Shown here: in pieces, positions 56,940 through 64,000 of the stretch | Position numbering within the stretch: position 1 is the first letter of the stretch | How the letters are laid out: each line of letters starts with the position of its first letter | IMG/VR virus record: IMGVR_UViG_3300031555_004942 | Span: 1 to 64,000 of that record | Source of the DNA: a virus | Taxonomy: Duplodnaviria; Caudoviricetes | Reading direction: 5' to 3' (one strand) | Length of the DNA stretch: 64,000 nt | The notes under the pieces: model-generated | The model's input: only the letters and a program-made list of their open reading frames with translations | Databases searched by the model: none | What the model was told of the DNA's origin: nothing | Made by a program: the position numbers and the translations under genes

Positions 56940-58546
56940 TGACATATTTACAGAAAAAGAAACTTGCCTTTATGAGTATAGTAAATCAGATTAAAGGCTT
57001 TGTAAGAACTGTATCAGGAGTACCCCCTTTGATATTGTCTGATTGTGTAGATAATGACAGCCTTATCAATTACACAATAGACGGAAACAGCATACAAAAC
57101 GGAACTCCCACACCTGATACTCCTGTTGAGGTTGAGAGTGTGGGAGAAAAGACAAAGAATATAGTTAGAGATTATGTATATGTAGACCAAACGACACGTT
57201 ATAACTCACCTTTACATGCGAAAAATTCGTTTACACTTAAGCAAGGGGTAACGTATACTATTTCATTTGATACTCCTAATACTATGAAGAATGTAGCATA
57301 CGCACAATATGCGTATACTGAAGAAGGGTTGAAAACAGTATTATTAAATGGCACAAGGCAGTCAATAACTGTAACACCTACAAAAGATATGACATCAGCA
57401 ACAATACTTGTAGTAACATCTGTCGTTTCTGAAGGTGACAGTACAGGATTGTGTAGTAATTGCATGATTGAAGAAGGTAGTACCGCTACCGATTATGAGC
57501 CATACGGATACAAAATCCCTGTTGTATGTAGTGGTAAGAATTTGTTTGATAAAGATAATTTTACTCCTAGCATGACTAATGGCACACGTACAAAAAACGG
57601 CTACGATTATACAGTTATAGGCAATAAAGGGAATGAGGCATCAGCATCATCTGGAAGTTTTAATGTAAGATTCTCTGAAGGTATTATAACACCAACTAAA
57701 AACCTCACTGTATCAGTCTATATAACAATGTTAGAATATGGTGGCATTGGCGACAAAATAAGATTATGGACGGTTAGCGGTAGTTCGGCAAAACAACATA
57801 CTTTTGCTTCAAAAACTGTTTCTTTAAATGAGAGACTTCGACTATCTTGGACTTATACGAATGTTGACTATGAGATTGATGCATTATGGTTTTATGTCAA
57901 TGGTAATAAGTTATTAATCGAAATGGACACCCTACAGATTGAAACAAATGATGTTATGACCGATTATGAGCCTTATTACCTGCCTATTACAACTAACATC
58001 TATCTTGATGAACCCCTTCGTAAAATCGGTGACTATGCGGACTATGTTGATTTTGAAAATCGGAAGGTTGTAAAAAATGTATCCGAAACAATTTTGAAAG
58101 GCACAGAGGATTGTTATTCATCAGGGATAGGAAGTACAAATGAAAGGATAATTTATGATTTATCTGTATTCAACGGGTTAAAAGGGAATGGAAATACACC
58201 AAGCTTATGTACACACACAAAAACCACAATTGATGCAAATGTTGGTTGGGCAGGCACAAAATTTGTAATGCAGGTAGCTAATGCAGATGTCCGTTTCTAT
58301 CGTCCTTTTTATTGTGAAATAACTGAATTTACTGAGAAAACACCTTTTGAATGGAAACAATACCTTGCACGATTGTACGCTGAAGGAAATCCTTTCAAGG
58401 TTTATAGTGTACGAAGTGAAACCTCAGAGGAAACCATTAACTTACCCAAACTACCCTCATTTAAAGGCACAACCGTCTACACAATCAAAACAAGTGTGCA
58501 ACCATCAGAAATGAGTGCGACATATTATGCTATGAATAAGGAGTGA
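56939..58546 (+). CDS. fibre/baseplate-associated protein
   Basis: QNGTPTPDTPV, GKNLFD, repeated TDYEPY motifs. Confidence 0.65.
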   Translation: MTYLQKKKLAFMSIVNQIKGFVRTVSGVPPLILSDCVDNDSLINYTIDGNSIQNGTPTPDTPVEVESVGEKTKNIVRDYVYVDQTTRYNSPLHAKNSFTLKQGVTYTISFDTPNTMKNVAYAQYAYTEEGLKTVLLNGTRQSITVTPTKDMTSATILVVTSVVSEGDSTGLCSNCMIEEGSTATDYEPYGYKIPVVCSGKNLFDKDNFTPSMTNGTRTKNGYDYTVIGNKGNEASASSGSFNVRFSEGIITPTKNLTVSVYITMLEYGGIGDKIRLWTVSGSSAKQHTFASKTVSLNERLRLSWTYTNVDYEIDALWFYVNGNKLLIEMDTLQIETNDVMTDYEPYYLPITTNIYLDEPLRKIGDYADYVDFENRKVVKNVSETILKGTEDCYSSGIGSTNERIIYDLSVFNGLKGNGNTPSLCTHTKTTIDANVGWAGTKFVMQVANADVRFYRPFYCEITEFTEKTPFEWKQYLARLYAEGNPFKVYSVRSETSEETINLPKLPSFKGTTVYTIKTSVQPSEMSATYYAMNKE

Positions 58547-58551
58547 TATAA

Positions 58552-58815
58552 ATGGAACTTTATAAGTTTATAAGCGAAACAGAGATTAAGAAGTATAAAG
58601 GTGGATTTGTTGTTGTAGATAATACAATATACACAAATCCCAAAGAAGAAATAATAAGGATGGCAGGATATAAAGAATTAATTGATACACCTATCCCTGA
58701 ATATAATCCTGAAATAGAATATATTGTATTAACATATCAGGATGGTGAAAAAATTACTCCTTGTTATACTGTAAATCAAATAGAGTTCATGGAAGAATTA
58801 GAAGTAATAGAATAA
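58552..58815 (+). CDS. small fibre-assembly-like protein
   Basis: YTNP..AGYKEL..PEY motif; SD. Confidence 0.6.
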   Translation: MELYKFISETEIKKYKGGFVVVDNTIYTNPKEEIIRMAGYKELIDTPIPEYNPEIEYIVLTYQDGEKITPCYTVNQIEFMEELEVIE

Positions 58816-58843
58816 TAAAAACTGAATTTTATTGTATAATATA

Positions 58844-58891
58844 GCACAACATATAGTGTATGATTTTATTTTCATACACTATATATAGTTG
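58844..58891. promoter_or_regulatory. tandem NrdR boxes
   Basis: GCACAACATATAGTGT (58844) and ACACTATATATAGTTG (58876), 32 bp apart. Confidence 0.75.
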
Positions 58892-58921
58892 TGATTTTGA
58901 AATGTTTTAAAGGAGAAAGAG

Positions 58922-60223
58922 GTGAAAAATATGCCTAAAAAAAGTCAAAAAGTAGAAACAGTTGGAATAAATGAAGTAAAACGAAAGTTAGGACCAATGG
59001 GGAAAAAAATAAAAGAATTTTATAGAAACCAAGATGATGTTATTGGGACATATTTTTCTCCACAATCAGAAAAAATAAAAGAAGATAGAAAAATATGTAC
59101 TATGTGTAATAAACCTTTACCTGCAGGTGATTTTTGGCAAAGTTTTTCATATATTAATTCTGCAAGAACAGATATTGATAGTAAGATGCATTTACCTGTA
59201 TGTAAAGCATGTTCTCAGAAGTTATTTGATTATTATTACGAAAAAGTACATCATAAATCCTATGTAAAAGCAATGGAACATGTATGTTGTGATTTGAATT
59301 TATATTGGGATATAGATATATTCAATGCTTGTAAAGAAGTGTATGAGCATAACCAGAGAAAACTACATATATTGTCTGAGTATGTAGGTGCTTTAAGTAG
59401 AAGAAGTGCTAATTTTATCGGACAGACTTATTGGGATAGTCCTACAATAGTGAATAGAAATATAACTATTGTTCAAGGACAGAATCAAGATTTTGAAAAA
59501 AAACTCATTAATCCTGAGGATAATCCTGAATTATTAAAGGATGGATGGGATACCCCTTTAGATTGGGAAAGGGAAGATGCAGAAAATAGAAAAAAAATTA
59601 TACGTGTATATAGATATGATCCGTTTGAATATGAAACGGACGAAGATAAAAAATCACTTTATAGGGATTTAGCAGCAATGTTAGATGATGCAATGGAAGA
59701 TGATTTTGTTAAATCTAGAGGTGCTTTAGAAGTAGTTAGAGGTTTTAATAGAATAGAAAAATTAGGTAAAAAAATAGCAATATTAGAAAAAGAAGAAGCT
59801 GAGGCAAATGTTATTCAAAGATATGTTGATATGAAAACTAAAGAACGTGCTTCCATTACAGCATATTGTAAAGATAATGGTTTTGCTGCAAGCTATGGAA
59901 CAAAAAAAGCAAAAGGTGCAGGAACATTATCAGGAATTATGAATGAAATGAATGAAAAACAATATGAAAGAGGTATTTTAAATAGGTTTGATGTTAAAAC
60001 AAGTGAAAGTATTCAACAAGCAGCTAATGCATCTGTAAGAGCTATTTTTGACCAATTAAATATTGGAGGTAATGAACAATATACTATTATTCAACAGCAA
60101 AGAGATTTGATTTCAAGTTTGCAAAAAAAACTAGATAATGCTGAAGAAGATTTAAGAAAAGCTGAATGTAAAATAGTTGAATTAAAATTAAATAAACAAT
60201 TGGAGGAATCTGAAGATGATTAA
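58922..60223 (+). CDS. YonG-like protein, candidate terminase small subunit
   Basis: N-terminal CxxC..CKAC finger; overlaps the large terminase start. Confidence 0.6.
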   Translation: MKNMPKKSQKVETVGINEVKRKLGPMGKKIKEFYRNQDDVIGTYFSPQSEKIKEDRKICTMCNKPLPAGDFWQSFSYINSARTDIDSKMHLPVCKACSQKLFDYYYEKVHHKSYVKAMEHVCCDLNLYWDIDIFNACKEVYEHNQRKLHILSEYVGALSRRSANFIGQTYWDSPTIVNRNITIVQGQNQDFEKKLINPEDNPELLKDGWDTPLDWEREDAENRKKIIRVYRYDPFEYETDEDKKSLYRDLAAMLDDAMEDDFVKSRGALEVVRGFNRIEKLGKKIAILEKEEAEANVIQRYVDMKTKERASITAYCKDNGFAASYGTKKAKGAGTLSGIMNEMNEKQYERGILNRFDVKTSESIQQAANASVRAIFDQLNIGGNEQYTIIQQQRDLISSLQKKLDNAEEDLRKAECKIVELKLNKQLEESEDD

Positions 60224-62537
60224 TGTTATTTTTAATAAGACAGATTATGAGATTTCTCAAAGAAAAATTGATATGTTTGAAAAATATAATAAAGTTATTC
60301 AATGGGGACGTAGAGAACCAGTTAAATTTATGGAAAAATTTTTTGGACTTCAGTTTACAGACCATCAGAGATATGTATTGTTATCTACATGGAATGCTAC
60401 ATACGCAGTATGGCTTATGTCGAGAAATAGTGGCAAAGCTTGTGAACTTTCAACAAAAATATGGACACCAGATAATAATTTTTTGTGCATGAACGACATA
60501 CATGTAGGAGATTATGTTTTAGATTATGAAGGCAATCCAACAAAGGTAATAGCTGAAAGTGAAATATTTATGAATGATACATATGATGTATATTTTTCTG
60601 ATGGAGATATTGTTACAGTAAATGATAATCATACATGGTGGATAGGGATAGATGATATTAATTCATTTATACTATGTGATACAAAAAATTTATATGAAAT
60701 TCTAAAAGATGAAAAACATATAATTTTTAATATAGATAAAAAAAGAATTATAGGTGTAAAAAGAGTTCCGACAGCTCCTACTAAATGTATTGAGGTTGAT
60801 AATGAAACTCATACATATTTATGTGGAGAAAAAAAAACAGCTACTCATAATTCATATCTTTCAGCACCATATATGATGGCAAGAAGTATTTTAATACCAA
60901 ATCATAAAAGTTACATAATGTGTCCGTCTGGTAATCAGGCACAACAAACATTTAGTAAAATAGAAGACTTAGCTAAAAATAAAATTGCTTCTGTACAAGG
61001 TGCAACATCTGTATTCATTAATGAATTAATGAAGGCTAACTCTGGAACTGATGGATTTGTTCATGATAAACATTCTCATTATTGTGAATTATTTAATGGT
61101 AGTTCAATTAGTACTTTGAATAGTATTGCAAAAAATGTTGTGGGTTTTCGTTCTCATCTTAATTTTTATGATGAGGCAGGAAAAGTCGAAAGAGATTTCT
61201 TTGATTTAACAGAACCATTCTGTACTCAGGATAGAGACTTTATAACTGGTGCTAATTTTAATATAAAGTGTATGCCAAAACAAATGCCTAACCAAATGAT
61301 TTATGCAAGTTCTGCAGAAGGTGTTGATAGTAGACTATATGATATTTATAAAGAGAGTGCTTTAAGAATGATTGGTGGAGATATGTCATATTTTTGTTGT
61401 GATATAACTTGTGAATTAAGTCTACATCCATATTTAGATGGTAAACCTTATAGACCATTGTTATCACAAGATGTAATTGATAATGCCTTAAAAATGAATG
61501 AATTTAGGGCAAATCGTGAATATTTCAATAAATTTGATTTATCTGGGGGACAAGATGCATTAGTAAAAAGAACAACTATTATAGCAAATAGTTATGCATA
61601 TCATCCTATCTATAGGAATGATACTAATGAACGTATCTTTTTAATTGCATATGACCCTGCTACAAAGATAGATAACAGTATGATTGGTATAGCAGAACTT
61701 ATAGAGGATGCTGAAAAAGGATTAATGTTAAAAATGGCTAATTTAATTAATTTAATAGAAATTTTGCCGAATGGTGACAAGAAAACTATTCAGAAACCAG
61801 AACAGGTAGAAATATTAAAATCTTTAATTTTAAAATATAATGGACAAGTTCCTGATTATGAAAATCTTAGTTCTTTAACAATAGATGCAGGTTCTGGAGG
61901 AGGAGGTTTTGATATTGCTCAATATCTACTTCGAGATTGGACAGGACCTGATGGAAGAAAACATATTGGTTTTATTGATTTAAATGATAAATATTTAAAA
62001 TTAGAAAGAGATAAATTTCCAGGAGCTTCAGATAAATTAACCATGGCTAATTTTACAGGACAAAAAGTAGAAATGTATCAAGCTTGTCAAGATATGATAA
62101 ACCAAGGATTAGTAATGTTTCCAAAAAGTTTAAATTTAAAATTAGAAATGGAATTTGAAGAAGTTAAAGAAGATGGAACTGTTAATATTACTTGTGAAAG
62201 AATGAGTTCTGAAGAGGTAAAAACAATAGTGGAATTTGATATGATGAAAGAAGAACTTGTTGCTATGCAAAAAATTAAACAAGGAAATAATATAAAATTT
62301 GATTTATTGCCAAGTAAAAAAGCAGAATCTATGCATGATGACCGCAGTGACGTATGTGCTATGCTCTGTTGGCAATTATCAAAATTAAGAAAAAATGAAT
62401 TATTAAATGTAGAAACAAAAACAGATGGATTTCAAAAATTATTTAATCATGGATTTAAAAAACAATCAACTCCATTTGATTCTCAAACAAATCCTTTTTT
62501 AAATGACAGTAAAAGAAATCCATTTTTAATGAGGTAG
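60216..62537 (+). CDS. terL: terminase large subunit containing an intein
   Basis: Spliced Walker A SRNSGK/S, Walker B FYDEAG, YASSA, AYDPA nuclease motif, HDDR. Confidence 0.9.
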   Translation: MINVIFNKTDYEISQRKIDMFEKYNKVIQWGRREPVKFMEKFFGLQFTDHQRYVLLSTWNATYAVWLMSRNSGKACELSTKIWTPDNNFLCMNDIHVGDYVLDYEGNPTKVIAESEIFMNDTYDVYFSDGDIVTVNDNHTWWIGIDDINSFILCDTKNLYEILKDEKHIIFNIDKKRIIGVKRVPTAPTKCIEVDNETHTYLCGEKKTATHNSYLSAPYMMARSILIPNHKSYIMCPSGNQAQQTFSKIEDLAKNKIASVQGATSVFINELMKANSGTDGFVHDKHSHYCELFNGSSISTLNSIAKNVVGFRSHLNFYDEAGKVERDFFDLTEPFCTQDRDFITGANFNIKCMPKQMPNQMIYASSAEGVDSRLYDIYKESALRMIGGDMSYFCCDITCELSLHPYLDGKPYRPLLSQDVIDNALKMNEFRANREYFNKFDLSGGQDALVKRTTIIANSYAYHPIYRNDTNERIFLIAYDPATKIDNSMIGIAELIEDAEKGLMLKMANLINLIEILPNGDKKTIQKPEQVEILKSLILKYNGQVPDYENLSSLTIDAGSGGGGFDIAQYLLRDWTGPDGRKHIGFIDLNDKYLKLERDKFPGASDKLTMANFTGQKVEMYQACQDMINQGLVMFPKSLNLKLEMEFEEVKEDGTVNITCERMSSEEVKTIVEFDMMKEELVAMQKIKQGNNIKFDLLPSKKAESMHDDRSDVCAMLCWQLSKLRKNELLNVETKTDGFQKLFNHGFKKQSTPFDSQTNPFLNDSKRNPFLMR
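60438..60851 (+). mobile_element. class 3 mini-intein (138 aa, no homing endonuclease)
   Basis: Starts with Ala after GK, ends THN|S; NHTW, KCIEVD and THN provide the W-C-T triad. Confidence 0.85.
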
Positions 62538-62541
62538 TAAT

Positions 62542-62901
62542 ATGATATATAAAATTATAATGGAATTTAAGGATTTAGATATTTTGATTAATAAATTATC
62601 TAAAGACTTTAATATTTTATTTTATAACAATTGTTTATACATATGTTCAAAAAATTTTAAAAAAAAATCTTTAAAGACAATCAAGAGTATTTTAAAAACA
62701 GATAATGTTTTTTTAGTAGATATTAATGAAAGTAATTTGAAGAATGAAAGTGATTACATTCAAAGCTGGTGTAAAAATTATTTCATAGAAAAAGACATTA
62801 AAGAGTTTGAACAAAAAGAACAAGAATTATTAAAACAATATATGTTATGTTTAGATGATTGTGAAAAACAAATTCAAGAAATGATAAAGAAAGGAGGATA
62901 A
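62542..62901 (+). CDS. hypothetical protein
   Basis: Between terminase and portal; SD. Confidence 0.7.
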   Translation: MIYKIIMEFKDLDILINKLSKDFNILFYNNCLYICSKNFKKKSLKTIKSILKTDNVFLVDINESNLKNESDYIQSWCKNYFIEKDIKEFEQKEQELLKQYMLCLDDCEKQIQEMIKKGG

Positions 62902-62904
62902 AAT

Positions 62905-64000
62905 ATGGAAAAGACAAAAGGTAGACCAACTATTGAAAAAGATACTACTAATGAAGAAAAAAAAGAAGTATTAATGGAGAAAATATCTGTTCAAGAACCA
63001 TATATAAGAATGTCTCAGATGTTTTCACAATATCAACAACAAGGACTTAATAGTAGTCAATTTTTAACAGCATTAGGTTCATCTTTTAAAAATAATCCAT
63101 TTATACAAAATTCTCGATTAAAAAGAATTAATTCTCCTATAACATCAACAAATAAAAGCGAATTAGATAAAGCGATTAAAATTCCTGAAAATAATGAAGA
63201 TCTTTTTTGTTCTGAATCTCAAAGTTTGTATTTTCAGAATTATGTATATAGTAATTTATTAAAAATTAATCGTGAAACACCTCAATATTTTTATTATGCT
63301 ATTCCTGTTGATGTATCATCTAAAGATTGTGTCAAAGATGATTTTAAAAAAGAAATGCATCTTGTGAATGAATTATTAGATAAACTTAACATTCGTAAAG
63401 TAGGTAAAGATATTGCTATGGATATAAGTTTGGAAGGAAAAAGGTCTTATATTTTTAGACATAGTTGTTCAAAAAATAAAGGACAAGTTGATTTTGCTTT
63501 ATTTCAAAAAATACCATCTCGTTGGATTAAATATACAAATATAGGAAGCACAACAGATTATGTAACATCTTTAGATTTTATGATGTTTTTACAACCAGGG
63601 GAATCATTGGATTTTTATCCACCATTCTTTACAGAAATTTGGAATGAATTAATTGAAAATGAAATTTTTGTAGATGATAAACAAGGAAATAAAACTTTAA
63701 ATATAAATGCTATTAATAATAATCAAAGGAATGATATTTTAGAATATGCGAATGGTAGATACATGTATTGGGTACAATTACCACAAAATGAAGTATTTGA
63801 ATTTGGTTCAGATAATAGCCACACATTAAGACTTCCTGAATATATGGGGTTATTTAGTGATTTAAGGGGATTAGATGATTATAAATGGCTTCAAAATCAA
63901 TTATTATCTAGATCTGTAAATAGTGTTATGGTTGGTACAGTTCCACTTATAAAAGATCATAATCTTGCAGGAGGAGATCAAACAGCTATTTCTATGGATT
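62905..64000 (+). CDS. portal protein (partial, runs off the window)
   Basis: SD AAGGAGG; apparently open to the window end (MEKTKGRP...); YonE-like position. Confidence 0.65.
   Translation, partial: MEKTKGRPTIEKDTTNEEKKEVLMEKISVQEPYIRMSQMFSQYQQQGLNSSQFLTALGSSFKNNPFIQNSRLKRINSPITSTNKSELDKAIKIPENNEDLFCSESQSLYFQNYVYSNLLKINRETPQYFYYAIPVDVSSKDCVKDDFKKEMHLVNELLDKLNIRKVGKDIAMDISLEGKRSYIFRHSCSKNKGQVDFALFQKIPSRWIKYTNIGSTTDYVTSLDFMMFLQPGESLDFYPPFFTEIWNELIENEIFVDDKQGNKTLNINAINNNQRNDILEYANGRYMYWVQLPQNEVFEFGSDNSHTLRLPEYMGLFSDLRGLDDYKWLQNQLLSRSVNSVMVGTVPLIKDHNLAGGDQTAISMD

Noticed and set aside
53802-58546. Diversity-generating retroelement acting on the fibre genes
   Set aside because: No reverse transcriptase and no template/variable repeat pair seen in this window
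1-64000. Stop-codon reassignment; tRNA or rRNA genes
   Set aside because: Long genes are intact in code 11 and end in TAA, TAG and TGA; no cloverleaf or rRNA-like segment noticed by eye (tRNAscan not run)

Overview
Very AT-rich segment of a large Firmicutes (clostridial-type) phage or phage-plasmid, read in standard code 11. The right arm (45-64 kb, + strand) follows SPbeta yonO-yonE-like synteny: single-subunit YonO-like RNA polymerase, HU, glycosyltransferase, metallophosphoesterase, tail-fibre/adhesin genes, candidate small terminase, large terminase with a class 3 mini-intein, and a truncated portal gene. The centre (13-43 kb, - strand) is a ~30-kb run of small, probably early accessory genes (FtsK motor, HicA, SprT, Gp88, radical SAM, alpha-CTD, DUF932, ECF-like sigma, caspase-like). 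The left arm has small + strand genes, a DnaA-box origin candidate, an S8-SLH protease and a 3D-domain protein. The main finding is five copies of a cassette the supplied ORF track misses or mis-calls, placed at gene junctions of the early run. Each has a 41-54 aa non-membrane peptide gene with a G[FM]NP..FIP-like motif, in four cases preceded by an SD-ATG-ATT-stop mini-ORF. Each is overlapped by a ~140-155 nt antisense RNA with a perfect sigmaA promoter and its own terminator. Two copies have complementary GUAUAGG/CCUAUAC hairpin loops flanking the ORF. Also seen: tandem NrdR boxes before two late/packaging units, three long G-U-rich hairpins resembling RNase III sites, a duplicated leader element, a second iteron-like origin, and short palindromes at gene boundaries. 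All calls come from manual motif recognition; no searches were run.
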